This document shows positions 35,906 through 48,758 of a DNA stretch of 64,000 nt, piece by piece; within the stretch, counting starts at the first letter, position 1, and the number at the start of each line of letters is the position of its first letter. The translations under genes were made by a program, and so were the position numbers. Source of the stretch: Centroscyllium fabricii (Eukaryota); contig JBNRSN020000027.1 in the NCBI GenBank assembly GCA_051313645.2, positions 53,320,001 through 53,384,000 on the forward strand, read 5' to 3'. The notes beneath the pieces are model-generated. The model was not told where the DNA came from. It saw nothing but the letters and a program-made list of their open reading frames with translations, and searched no databases.

Positions 35906-37871
35906 CTCTAAAGCACAATGAAAGCTTCGAACCCTGGAACACAGGCAGAGGCATGTCACGCTGCTCAGCCCTAAAGTGTCATCTTGTGAAATCACGCTCC
36001 CAGCATGGAGGTTTGCCATCTGAGAGTGCACAATGCGCGCTTAAGACAACCGTACTCATGACGTTCCCTCCATTAATTTGAATCGCAGTGAGCCAACTCC
36101 TGAGGGTGAGGTTGTACGAGCTCGAGAGACTACAAGCACACATACTTCAATTTAGTCAATAGACGGGTTATCTGCTGCTGTTACCTTGTCAGCTATCTAT
36201 GGAGTCTAATCCTAAATTAATCTCGCCAATTTATATCAATCTCAAACACTGATCTCAACTGTAAATTAAATCAGCGAGCTGCTAATGCGGAATTACTATG
36301 ACATAACTAAACTGCCTTTGTAACCTCTGTTATTTATCTCATCAATTATTCCTATCTGCTAATTATTTGCACATTCAACAGGGGTAATTTTGACTTTTGG
36401 GTAGTCAAAATTACCCCTAGTAAATGGAAATGCGAATCGGGTGGGATGAATAATGGACAACTGAATCGATATTGCTCGTTTTAGACCATCACCCAAAATC
36501 AAGATTAACCCCGATGTTTAGATTTAAGTGCTGCAAACTATGATTCTAAGGTTAGTTCATGATTTTGTTGTCTGACTTCTTCGGTAATTGGCAAGAAATG
36601 GTTAATTCATTCAGCAGCTTGTGTGGATTCCAATGGGAGGTTGGGAATGTAAATGCTAATGTAAGCCAAACTGGTTGAAGTATGGCAGTCTGGAGATCCC
36701 AAGTGTAGGTATCCTTCACTCCTAGGCATAAACTGGGTGGTAAAACCCAGATACTTTCTCATCAAGGAACTAAGGTGTTAAGGATTCAACTACTGCCCTT
36801 AATGAATAGTCTTGTCAAGTTATCCATTCCACTGTTCTTACATCTTATAGAAGTAGTTGAAGATAATAAGTGGGATAGAAATGGTTAACCTAGAGCACTA
36901 GTTAAACCAGAATTACTTAACAAGGGGACATAGGTAGAAACTGGTAAAGGGTAAGCTCAGGACTGGAGAACAGCTAACATAGTACCATTATTCAAGAAGG
37001 GTAGTAGGGATAAACCAGGGAATTACAGGCCAGTGAGCCTAACATCAGTGGTAGGGAAATTATTGGAAAAAATTCTGAGGGACAGAATTAGTCTCCACTT
37101 GGAGAGGCAAGGATTAATCAAGGAAAGTCAGCATGGCTTTGTCAAGGGAAGATCATGTCTGACCAATTTGATTGAATTTTTCGAGGGGGTGACTAGGTGT
37201 GTGGATGAGGGTAGTGCAGTGGATGTGGTATACATGGATTTCAGCAAGGCTTTTGATAAAGTTCCTCATAGGAGACTGGTATAAACTCGCACCTTATATT
37301 ACTGTATTATCTGGTGTAAACGCGCAATCAATACACGACATCCCCCTTTTCCTTGGAAACAAACTTGCAGTTTACAAACATTTTCTTACAACACTGTACA
37401 ACTTGTTTGGTTTATAAACCTTTTACACACTTGTGTCTTATAACAATAACTATATAATTCCATATTTACACTATACATTTAACATCCCCCCATGCAGTTC
37501 TTGCACAGTTTATGTTGTGACATAATCAGACAACCTTTGGAGTTTTCTTTTAATCCTTTGAGGTCTGGCTGTATTGGGTGTGGTAATATTGAACAGACTT
37601 CCGGGGGAAGACTAAGGGGTGAACTCTGTACATGTCACTTCCTGTTAGTATAAATACTGGAACTGCCCAGTATGGGGAGAAAGCTTCACCTGGAAGCATG
37701 GTAAAACTTGTCTTTGTACATAGTGATAATGTAGGGGATTTTGCTTTAAGTTATTGATGTATCAGACTCCATTATTACATCATTGGGTATGTCTGACATG
37801 TTGTTGTCCATGGGTATTGCCTGTGTCAGAGTGGTGTGTGTGTCAGGATCTACTATACAGTCCTCAGTCCT

Positions 37872-39494
37872 TTGTAGCTGTTGTTCCAGTATCTGTTTAT
37901 GGCTTTGACATTCATCCTCACCAAGATTTCTGGAATGTTCTGCTTTCTTCAATTCTGCTTGAAGAGCTAGATGAGCAGTGGTGGGTTGGTTTAGTATTTC
38001 ACACAATTTATGATTCATCAAGCTGTTTCCTCAGCACCTTGATCTCAGTATGAAGCTGTGCATTTTCTGTCTTCAACGGTGCATAGTTTGCAACGTCCTT
38101 TAACTTTTCATTTAGCAAATCATTCTGCTTCATTAACAGACAAACTTGGGATTTAGCTGCATCCAGTTCTACCTCCAACTTCTTAGATTGAGCATGGACA
38201 TATTCAAGTCCCTCTCCTTTGGAATGGATGATAGCAGACTCTTCGTGTAATCGAGCTGCCGCTGCTTCAATTCTTTCCTCATTTGCTGTCACTTTCTCCA
38301 GATTATCTTCTTTACGTAACAGTTCAGATTGGGCCCTGTTTTCCTGTGCTCCAGAAGAGCTGCACCCCCACGAAGGGGGGTCAGAAATGCCTCGTGGGGG
38401 TGCAGCTCGGGTGATTACCAGAAACGTGAACTTCCTGTGCTGATGGGCAAGGGGCTTCAGCTTCCTACCCAGGAAGACTTTGAGCTGCAGACTTCCTGTA
38501 GGCAGCTGCTCAAAATGCGGGTGTATCACGTGGGCAAGTCTCTCTTGAGCTGCACATATAAAAAGCAGTCTTAAGAGGCTGCAGGCAGCTTTGAGAAGTG
38601 AAAAAAACACGTTTAAAGTTTTAAAAAAATGGATTCCTTTGAGGATATTTGTCTGTGGTCTTTCAGCTTGTAAATGGGTAGGGTTTTATATTATTTGGTG
38701 AAAGTGAAAAAAAATCGGGATTTGAACGCGATGTCAGCAGCTGTGATGGCCATCGGAGCTGCTGACATCGCGTTCAAATCCCGATTTTTTTTCACTTTCA
38801 CCAAAAGATATAAAACCCTACCCATTTACAAGCTGAAAGACCACAGACAAATATATCCAAAGGAATCAATTTTTTTTTAACTTTAAACGTGTTTTTTTGA
38901 CTGGAGCAGAAAAAAACCCTAACATCAGAAAAGGCAGAAACTTAAAAAACCAGCTTCCTAGAAACTGAAAAAAAACAAAAAAAAGGTGCTTCCCTACCTG
39001 ATATTCTTCATCCCGCAGGCCGATTCTGTGCTTCGTTCGGGGGGAAAGCCGACCTCAGTGGGCGTGGCTTGCACCCCGCACCAAAAAAAAGACGTCCCCT
39101 CCGCTGGAAAAAAACCCGGCATTTCCCACAGGAAGTTGCCGTCGGAAAAAAAAAAAAGTACGTGCGCGTGTGCCGCGGGTGCTCGGGAGCGCGCACCAGC
39201 GGCAAATGGGCCACAGGAAGACATGGCCCAATAACAGCTGCTATACTGATGTTGCAAATCCTCTCTGCTGTTTTGCAAAGTAGAAAGTTTCTCCTCCCTG
39301 CATAAAATTTCAATGTGTATGTTTCCATACATCTCAATTGGTTCTTCTATTTGTTTGCGATATACAAGCAGTTTTGTTTCCCAAAAGTCGTCTTGCACGT
39401 TTGCTGGATGAAGTGCTGCATATTCTTCATCAACCATTTGAAGTTTATCAACAATAGATTCCTTGCACTATGGAATGCAGCTGGTCTGAGTTTC
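37872..39494 (-). pseudogene. OFD1: Captured fragment of an OFD1-like coiled-coil gene (interrupted by a MITE at 38331-39229)
   Basis: ETQTS...SIVDKLQMVDEEY...ETKL..YRKQIEE; KKLEVELDAAKSQ..LLMKQNDLLNEKLKDVANY..LKTE...LRKQLDES; QP......LQAELKKAE...HKQILEQQLQ are collinear with vertebrate OFD1 as I recall it. Confidence 0.8.
38331..39229. mobile_element. PIF/Harbinger-like MITE with a ~300-bp internal palindrome
   Basis: TIR GGGCCCTGTTTTCCTGTG / CACAGGAAGACATGGCCC; flanks ATT/AAT; palindrome 38602-38897. Confidence 0.75.
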
Positions 39495-42092
39495 TACCAC
39501 CGCTGAGACATCTGCGCCTATTTTTAAAACTCCCAGTTTCATGGCTGTCTCCCTTCCTAGCAATGGTTCTCCAGGGGCTTTAACTACAATGAACTCCACC
39601 TGCTGAGTTCTCTTGCCTATTGTAATCCCACATGTGAATACATCTTTAACTGACAGTGGTCGGCTCGAAGCATAAGAGAATAACTTTCTCTCTGTCTTAG
39701 GGATATGTAACTGACACTTAATGTGTTCTGACTTTAATCCTTGCCAGGTATTCTCATCTATTACGTTACTGGTTGCACCCGAATCAATTAACATTCTCAG
39801 GTTTACTCCCCCTACACAAAAGGTAAGTCTCTTTGTCACGTTATTTCCTGTAACAGTAAATGCAAAGTCATTTTGTTCCACTACATTGTTCACTCTGTGT
39901 TTCTTTGCATCCTTTGTGTGGCACATTTTGGAGAAATTATCCTTTCCCTTGCACTTATGACACGTTTGTCTGTGTGCTGGGCATTTCAGATGTCTGCCCA
40001 TGTGGTCTGTGTAGCCACATCTGTAGCATTTACTTTTGTTCTCTGACGAGCTTTTTGCATCATACTGTCTTTTCCCTGTAACACGATGAACAGTATCTGT
40101 CTCCGCCTTCTCTGTACATGACATGGCTGACATCTGCTCCTCGACGTTTTCACATTGTGAGGCCAGTTGCAAAGTGCGGGCGAGCATTAAATCTTGCCCT
40201 TCCTCTAGCAATTTCTTCCGCACATAGGCTGACCTGCACTGACTCAGGATAGCGTCTCTTACTTGATTATCCGCATCCCCCCAAAAGCACAGTCCTTCGC
40301 AGCCTGCCGCAAGCGAGTAGCAAATTGTTGCACACTCTCACCTGTCTTCTGAGACAACTTGTGAAAAGTCTGTCCAGCAAATGCTGCGTTGACCTGGGGC
40401 ACGAGGTAGAGATTTAAAGCACTAACCGCCGCCGCGTAGTCTGCCGGCTCTCCTGTGTCTGGTGGAGTCAAAAAGATATCCTGGACATCTCGTCCTGCTA
40501 AGTGTAGGAGTGAAGCTCTTCTTCTCTGCTTTTCGGCATCTGTAAAGGTATCATCGATAATGAGTCCTTTGCCATCGGCAAAAAGCTCAAAAGACATAAA
40601 CCACCTCGTCCATCTCGGACCCAACGTGGCTGGCTCGGCGAAACATTCAATATTTTGAATGCTGGTATTCTCCATCCTAACTAACTAAAGCTTGGGCACC
40701 TACCTATCTAAAACGATTCAGTTTATTTTCCTCATCGCCAATGTTGTATCTGTGCTGCAATACATTTAATCAAGCATGTAGATACATCGAATTAAATCAC
40801 AGCTCAGTCAGACAGATTCGAACACACTGTTCACTTTATATCGTTAGATGGCTTCCGCCTCATGGCTGTATATCTCCCACAATGCAATGCCCATTACATA
40901 CCATAATACCTGGTGTAAACTGAAACCTTATATTACCGTATTATCTGGTGTAAATGCGCAATCAATACACGACAGGATCCAGGACGCCTTGGCACATTGG
41001 ATCCAAAACTGGCTTAGTGGCAGAAGGCAGAGAGTGATGGTCAAAGGTTGTTTTTGTGACTGGAAGCCTGTGTCCAGTGAGGTACCGCAGGGATCAGTGC
41101 TGGGTCCCTTGCTGTTTGTAGTCTACATTAATGATTTGGATATCAATGTAAAAGGTATGATCAGTAAGTTCGCAGATGACACAAAAATTGGTGGGGTGGT
41201 AAATAGCGAGGAGGGAAGCCTCAGTCTGCAGGACGATATAGATGGGTTGGTCAGATGGGCGGAACAGTGGCAAATGGAATTTAACCCTGAAAAGTGTGAG
41301 GTGATGCATTTTGTAAGGACTAACAAGGCAAGGGAATACACAATGAATGGTAAGATCCTAGGAAAGACAGAGGATCAGAGGGACCTTGGTGTGCATGTAC
41401 ATAGATCCTTGAAGGCAGCAGGACAGGTGAATAAGGTGGTTAAAAAGGCATATGGGATACTTGCCTTCATTAGCCGAGGCATAGAATATAAGACCAGGGA
41501 GGTTATGATGGAGCTGTACAAAATGCTGGTAAGGCCACAGCTGGAGTACTGTGTGCAGTTCTGGTCGCCGCACTAGAGGAAGGATGTGATTGCTTTGGAG
41601 AGGGTGTAGAGGAGATTCACCAGGATGTTACCTGGGCTGGAGCGCTTCAGCTATGAAGAAAGACTGGACAGGCTGGGGTTGTTTTCCTTGGAGCAGAGAA
41701 GGCTGAGGGGGGACCTGATTGAGGTGTACAAATTTATGAGGGACATAGATAAGGTAGATAGAAAGGAACTTTTTCCCTTAGTAGAAGGGTCAATAATAAG
41801 GGGGCATAGTTTCAAGGTAAGGGGCAGGAGATTTAGAGGGGATTTGAGGAAGAACTTTTTCACCCAGAGGGTGGTTGGAATCTGGAACTCACTGCCTGAA
41901 AGGGTGGTAGAGGCAGGAACCCTCACAACATTCAAGAAGCATTTGGATGAGCACTTGAAATGCCACAGCATACAAGGCTATGGACCAAGTGCTGGAAAAT
42001 GGGATTAGAATAGACAGGGCTTGATGGCCGGAATGGACGCGATGGGCCGAAGGGCCTCTTTCTGTGCTGTATAACTATGACTATGACTCTAT

Positions 42093-42805
42093 GGGGGCTA
42101 AATTCGTCAGCGCACGATTTCTGGCACTAAAATGGGCGCAGCGCTAAAATTAGCGCCGAGGCACCCGATATTGGCGTTAGCGCTGGCCTTGCAGATTTCG
42201 GCACTAATTCAGGTGTTGCATGACTTCCAGGCGGCCAATTTTTTGCCGCTAATTGCCGTTCCCGGGCGCAGCGCTCACTAACCAACTGCTTGCTTCCCCA
42301 TGACCTCTGGAGCCGAATAGATCTTAAAGGGGTAGGGGAAGCAGACCATTATGTTTTGGTCCCCCCCTCCCTCATTATCTCCCCGATCCCGGGCCGCCCG
42401 ACGGCCCTCCCCGCTCCCTCATCAACTGCTCGATCTGGGGCCGCCCGACCCCCCTTCCCGCTCCCTTAGCAACTGGCCGATCTTGGGTTGAGGAGAGAGG
42501 GTCTCCCTTTTAGCAGCGCTGCAGCGGCCACTCAAAGGCGCAGCAGCGCTTGCCGAAGCTGGCGCTGGCAGTGCGGGGTGGGGTGGACTGACGCAAAAGC
42601 TAATTTCAAGCGCAGCCACGCGGGCGGGTGTTGCACACACATTTTAACGAGGATTGCTGATCGCTAAATTAGCGCGTGCTAACATTTAGCACCGACGCTG
42701 GGCAGGTGGCGAATTTAGCGATCGCCGCTATTTTTGACGCTAATTCGGTGCCGGCCCATTAGCACCCAATTTCGGCGCTAATGGGCTGGCGCCAATTTCG
42801 CGCCC
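42093..42805 (+). mobile_element. Family A MITE inserted in the CR1 microsatellite tail
   Basis: GGGGGCTAAATT / AATTTCGCGCCC; TSD TAT; homologous to 1703-2488. Confidence 0.8.
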
Positions 42806-43994
42806 TATGACTCTGTGACTGATGTGATATAAAGAGTGATTAACATCTGGAATGGTCCCTGGATAGGGTAATGAAGGCAAACACTTAATAATTCGAGAAG
42901 TAGTTAGCAGTGATTGGGGGATGTGGGAGAGACCGTGGGTTTCTATGAAATGCTGATGGGCCAAATGGCCTCCCTCATCTGTACTTACCTTTGTGATGAA
43001 CACAATGACCCTTATGAGGAAAGATTCGAGAGGTAATCTCTGCAGCCTGGGGAGAACGTTGGGGGGAGAGGAACCTCATTGAGATATTTCAAGTATTAAA
43101 TGGTACTGATGAAGTGAACTCTGGATATTACCTCAAGGACAACTGGGCCAGAGGACATAACTTTCAATTAGTGAAAAGTAAAATTAAATAAATAAAAAAT
43201 GAACCAGGGGGAAGTTGAGGAGAATTTTTTTTAAGCAGCTGTTACGATCTGGAATGCACAGCTTGAAAGGACGGTGGAAGCAGATTCAATAGTAACTTTC
43301 AAAAGGGAAAGGGATATCCACTTGAAAAGGAAAAATTTGCAGGGCTATAGGAAAAGGGCATGCGATTGGAACTAATTGGGTAGCTCTGTCAAATAGCCAC
43401 AGTTACTTTAACATGATGACTGTGAAGGGAGGAAGCTTGGTGTTAATTGTTTGCGCGCCTTGGTAGAATGAAGAATTGCCTTTCAGGACCAAAAAAAGTA
43501 GAATGAGAAGATGAAACATTGATTATTTGGTTTTAAAGTATCTATGGGAATCAAACATGCTGAAAAGAACATCTCCGTGGCGCAAGAAACTGTTTTTCCA
43601 TCATCAATACTCTGCGAGAATTATATTATATAGAATGTCCAACACAGAAACAGGCCATTCGGCCCAACTGGTCTATGCCGGTGTTTATGCTCCACACGAG
43701 CCTCCTCCCCCCTCTCTTCATCTCACCCCATCAGCATATCCCTCGATTCCTTTCTCCCTCATGCACTTATCTAGCCTCCCCTTAAAGGCATCGACGCGAT
43801 TCGCCTCAACTATAAACTGTATAAATGTAATCGCTCCTTGTTTTTCTTCTTCTAACTACTCCCTGTGGTAGCAAGTTCAACATTCTCACCACTCTTTGGG
43901 TAAAGATGTTTCTCCTGAATCTGTGATTGGGTTTATTAGTAACTATCTTACATTTATGACCCCAGGTTTTGAACACCCCAAAAGTGGAAATATC

Positions 43995-44797
43995 GGGGGG
44001 GATTTTCATGTCCCCGTGAGGCGGGGTTTTCAGCGGGTCGGCTGTCAAAGTCGCGGAACCGGCGGGTTGCGACCCCCCACCGCCGGATCCCTGCCGCTTT
44101 GACATTTCCCCCCGCCCTGACTCGCCGCCCCGAAACCTTCCCGCTGGCGGCCGGTGGGGATGGCTGGTCACCTCGTTAAGGGCCCTTAATTGGCATGTTT
44201 AATGCCATTTTAAGGGCCCTTCTGATTTTTCATCCCATTCCCACCCTAACCCCGCCAGCCTAAAATCCCGCTGGTGAAACCTAGCGGGAGCACAGCGCTG
44301 TTCATTACTTTCTCCTTCAAGGTGCTGAAGGACATGCTGCCAAATGCTTCGCTCGCCTTCAACACCTTAGAGGAGTAAGTCACTCCGTGGTGGATACACC
44401 AGCTGTGGGCAAAAACTGAGAAATCTCAGCTTTGCTCATTTCCTGACAGCCGGTGCTGAGCTGTCAAGGATTCGGAGCCCTCCCGCCCACCTGTCAGTCA
44501 CCAGCACTTGACCTTTCCCAATGGTTCCACTCGACTGTGATGTCACAGTGGAGTGTTTCCATGGGAACTGGCAACAACCAGTGCTGGAACTGTCAATCAA
44601 GCTGCGAGCAGCCGGCTGGACCTCCGACTCGACCTCCGACTCGATTGCGTCAATTACCACCGGCTGCCACACGCGGGGATTTAACAACTCAATTAAATGA
44701 GAATTGCGTGGGGTTCCCAGGTCTTTGGGCGGGCGGGACAGGAACCCGCCCTGACCAATCCCCGCCAGGTTCCCGCACTTCCGGCGAAATCCCCCCC
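43995..44797. mobile_element. PIF/Harbinger-like MITE inside a minus-strand CR1 fragment (~43635-46410)
   Basis: TIR GGGGGGGATTT / AAATCCCCCCC; exact TSD ATC. Confidence 0.75.
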
Positions 44798-44953
44798 ATC
44801 CTCTCTACAACTACCCTATCGAAGCCCTTCAAAATTTTAAAGACCTCTATCAGGTCACCCCTCAGCCTTCTCTTTTCTAGAGAAAAGAGCCCCGGCCTGT
44901 TCAGTCTTTCCTGATAGTTATAACCTCTTATTTCTCACATCATTCTTGTAAAC

Positions 44954-45911
44954 CTAAATAACAACAGAAAACACTGGAAAAACTCAGCAGGCCAGACAAC
45001 ATCCATGGAGAGAGAAATAGAATCAACGTTTTGGGTTGAAACCCTTCTACAGAACTGTACAAGGGTTTCAACCTGAAATGTTGACTCTATGAGGGAAAAA
45101 TTGGGTTGCGCCCCTTTTGGGACGCTAACCTCGGAAAGTAGCGCCCCGAAAAAGTTAGCGCCGTTCCGCCTTAAATTGGGTTTTAGCGCCCCAAGTAGGA
45201 GGTGAGGCGCTACTGCAGGCGCCCCACCTCGTTCCTTGAGCGCAACAACTGAATTTTGGGACACTGTGGGTCGCTGCGCCACGCTCTGCAGCACACTGCG
45301 CCGCGGTACTGCAGGCCTCCCTCCCCTTCTTAAAGAGGAGTGGCCTAGCGCGGCGCGGCCCGGCACCCCGCTGGATTGCCGGAGATCAGAGTGCCGGCAA
45401 AGGAGCCCGGCACATGAGGGAAGTGCCGGGCTCACGGAGCACAGCCAACACTCCGCGGGGGGGCATCGGGGAAGGCCGGGGACGGCAGAGGGGGCAGGTG
45501 CTAGCAGGCGGCCAGCAAGAAAAATGGCCGCCCGGCAACCCCCCCCCCCCTTTAAATAACGCTGGCCCGGCTGCAACTGTGTCCCCCTGACCCTGTCAGA
45601 AATAGCGTCCAGCGTTAAGTCAGGGGACGCGACTGAAGTTCGCCGCCAGGGCGCGAGCAAGACGCTGCGCACGGTGATGGCATCATTGCCGCCACCGCCA
45701 GCGCCCCGCTGAATATCACGGGAGGTGCCAGCCCAGGCGCTAGGTGCCTTGCGCCCCATTAGAACCCCTCTTAGGGCGCTAACTGCTGGCGCAAGCAACC
45801 CAATTTTTCCCCCTGTTTCTCTCCCCACGGATGTTGCCTGGTCTGCTGAGTTTTTCCAGCGTTTTCTGTTGTTATTTCGGATTTCCAGCATCTGCAGTAT
45901 TTTGCTATCGT
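44954..45911 (+). mobile_element. Hairpin retroelement family 2 (Penelope pseudo-LTR-like), split by a MITE
   Basis: Arm 44955-45048 is inverted relative to 45055-45090 plus 45817-45878; tail to 45911; exact 12-bp TSD ATTCTTGTAAAC (44942-44953, 45912-45923). Confidence 0.75.
45091..45813 (+). mobile_element. PIF/Harbinger-like MITE (family C)
   Basis: GAGGGAAAAATTGGGTTGC / GCAACCCAATTTTTCCCCC; flanks TAT/TGT; homologous to 50283-51048. Confidence 0.8.
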
Positions 45912-45975
45912 ATTCTTGTAAACTTACTTTGTCAGTGCCTCTATATGCTTTGTGTAATATGGAGACCAGAACTGT

Positions 45976-46380
45976 GGGTGGCACGGTGGTATAGTGGTTA
46001 GCACTGTTGCCTCACAGCACTGGAGACCCGGGTTCAAATCCAGCTCGGGTACTATCTGTGTGGAGTTTGCACATTCTCCCCGTGTCTGCGTGTGTTTCCT
46101 CCGGGTGCTCCGGTTTCAGCCCACAGTCCAAAGATGTGCGGGTTAGGTTGAGATTGGCCATGATAAATTGACCCTTAGTGTTAGGGGGATTGAATATGTG
46201 GGGTTGCGGGGACAGGGTGGGATATGTGACGGTGCAGGCTCGATAGGGATCAAGGGATATGGGGAGAAGGCAGGGACAGGGTGCTGGGTTTGGATGATCA
46301 GCCATGATCTCATTGAATGGCGGAGCAGGCTCGAAGGGCCGAATGGCCTACTCCTGCTCCTATCTTCTATGTTTCTATGT
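45976..46380 (+). mobile_element. Chimeric HE1 SINE with a replacement CR1 3' tail (third copy)
   Basis: Junction CAGGCTCGAT|AGGGATC at ~46244, as in the copies at 13081 and 13797. Confidence 0.85.
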
Positions 46381-47627
46381 GCATTATTTACTATTATAGA
46401 ACTAAGCTATTCTTTTCCTGAAATTATTAAAAAGGATTTCCCCCCTCTAACCTTTCTCTCTCCCTTCCTGCATGCATCTACCTCAAAGTAGAGTCGCGGA
46501 GGAAAGTTCCCAGGGGCCATTTAAGAATCAGTTGAATGATCCGATGGGGAGGGTACTGTAGGGTCTTTCTGGAGAGACATTCTGGGATAGGCTGAATAAC
46601 CTTCCTTATCGTATCTACCTCATGTTTCGTACTGGGATACAGTCCCACGGGCAGTGGTCAATATTTCCTGTCTGACCCTTCATCAGAACTGTTGTTGGAA
46701 AATGTTAATCTATCATTTCCTCTTTCAAATGTCGACAGACCTGCTGTGTATTTCCAGCATTTCCGGTTTCTATTTTAAATTCCCAGCGGTCGTGTGTTTT
46801 ATTTCTCTATTTTAACCTCTTAAGACTTCATATTACATTAGGAAACACAATTACAGCGGGTTTTTATGGGCAGCTTTTGTCGTGAAGCCGAGGCACTGTT
46901 TCGCTGCATGAAGCATAATTAGATCGTTTTCTGTTGTTTTTTTTTTCATAATTAGATCAGTTTACCTCAGATTCAGAAATGCTAAATGGAGTGAAAAAGC
47001 CGTGAGATTAGAGAATTGATCCCAAACATGAGGTAACGGTCCAGCTCGGGGAATCTCAGACACACGCACAATTGTTTTGATATAAAACTGAGCTTTGTTT
47101 TACATGTTGGCCCAGTGTTGTACATTTTTCACATGGTATCCTCCCTAAACCTCTTGGCCTCTCTACCTCTCTCTCTTTCTCCTCCTTTATAAGATGCTCC
47201 TGAAAACCTTCCGTTTTCACCAAGCTTTTGATCACCTGTCCCAATATCTCCTTAAAAAGGGAATTTTTCCAAGTTATAGGCGCTATATATTTTTTAATTT
47301 TTTTTATTCGTTGATGGGATGTGGGCATCGCTGGCTGGCTAGGCCTGCATCTTAGTGTCCATCCCTAATTGCCCTTGAGAAGATGGTGGTGAGCCGCCTT
47401 CTTGAACCGCTGCAGGTACACCCACAATGTTGCGTAGCGGTTGTTTTTGTTTACAACTGAGTGGCTTGCGAGGCCATTTCAGAGGGCATTAAGAGTCAAC
47501 CACATTGCTGTGGGTCTGGAGTCACATATAGGCCAGACCAGGTAAGGACGGCAGATTTCCTTCCCTAAAGGACATTAGTGAACCAGATGGGTTTTTGCAA
47601 CAATCGACAATGGTGTCATGGTCGCCA

Positions 47628-48205
47628 TGAGAGGGGATCTCATCGAAACGTATAAAATTCTAACTGGTCTGGACAAACTTGATGCAGGAAGAATGTTCCC
47701 GATGGTAGGAGAGTCCAGAACCAGGGGTCATAGTCTAAGGATAAGGGGTGACTCATTTAGGACAGAGATGAGGAGGAATTTCTTCAGCCAGAGGGTGGTG
47801 GGGCTGTGGAATTTGCTGCCCCAGAGAGCTGTGGAAGCTACTACTTTGAATAATTTTAAAACAGAGATAGACCGTTTCCTGGAAGAAAAGGGAATTAGGG
47901 GTTATGGTGAGCGGGCAGGCAAGTGGACGTGAGGATAGGTTCAGATCGGCCATGTGATCTCCTGGACCAGTTTTCGATCGCCTAGATGGGTCGGAGAGGA
48001 ATTTCCCAGATTTTTTCTCCCAAATTGGCTACTGGGTTTTTTATCTGGTTTTTCGCCTCTCCCGGGTGATCACATGGGTCTGGGCGGGGTGGAGAGTTAA
48101 AATAAAATTGAGGTTGGGATCAGATCAGCCATGATCTTGTTGAATGGTGGAGCAGGCTCGAGGGGCCGATTGGCCTACTCCTGCTCCTATTTCTTATGTT
48201 CTTAT
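47628..48205 (+). mobile_element. Young CR1 3' fragment
   Basis: Nearly identical to ~59901-60475. Confidence 0.9.
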
Positions 48206-48758
48206 GACTAAGACTAACATTTAATTCCAGAATTAAATTGAATTGAATTTAAATTCCACCAGCTGCCATGGTGGGATTTGAACCCATATGCTCAGAGCAT
48301 TTGACTGAGCCTCTGGCTTACTAATCTAGTGACATAACCACTACGCCACCGTCTCCCCCGTAAATGCAAGTTGTTGTTGTTTATTTGCAGGAGTACAGAA
48401 ATAAAGAATGAGCACGATCAGAAAAGACCAGTGCAGTCAATAGAATGTTGGCTTTCATTGTTAGGGGGATAGAATATAAAAATAGGGAGGTATTGCTTCA
48501 GTTGTACAAGGTATTGGTGAGACTGCACCTGGAATACTGCATACAGTTTTGGTGTCCATACTTAAGAAAGGACATACTCGCTCTCGAGTCAGTACAAAGA
48601 CGGTTCACTCGGTTAATCCCAGGGATGAGGGGTTGGACATATGAGGAGAGGTTGAGTAGATTGGGACTCTACTCATTGGAGTTCAGAAGAATGAGGGGAG
48701 ATCTTATTGAAACATATAAGATTGTGAAGGGGTTGGATCGGGTGAATGCGGGGAAGAT

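Larger units (their letters stand above)
37275..40974 (-). mobile_element. Mag-like Gypsy element lacking RT, RNaseH and integrase core, carrying captured host sequence
   Basis: 5' LTR 40742-40974; PBS TGGCGATGAGGA 40729-40740; gag 40675-40259; knuckles and protease LIDSGAT in 40223-39495; integrase-type C-terminal RPQRIKRK.QRLSDYV ~37520-37570; PPT 37341-37352; truncated 3' LTR 37275-37340. Confidence 0.88.
36970..42090 (+). mobile_element. CR1 LINE (RT region to tail) split by a Gypsy insertion
   Basis: 36970-37279 NYRPVSLTS...DFSKAFDKVPH; resumes at 40975 WIQNWL...FADD...; (CTATGA)n tail. Confidence 0.9.

Noticed and set aside
37872-39494. Native OFD1 gene exons
   Set aside because: Enclosed within an LTR element, disrupted, and without evident splice structure
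44935-45984. 349-aa ORF and other long GC-rich ORFs (7657-8106, 50294-50782)
   Set aside because: They run through GC-rich MITEs, cross element boundaries and show no recognisable domain
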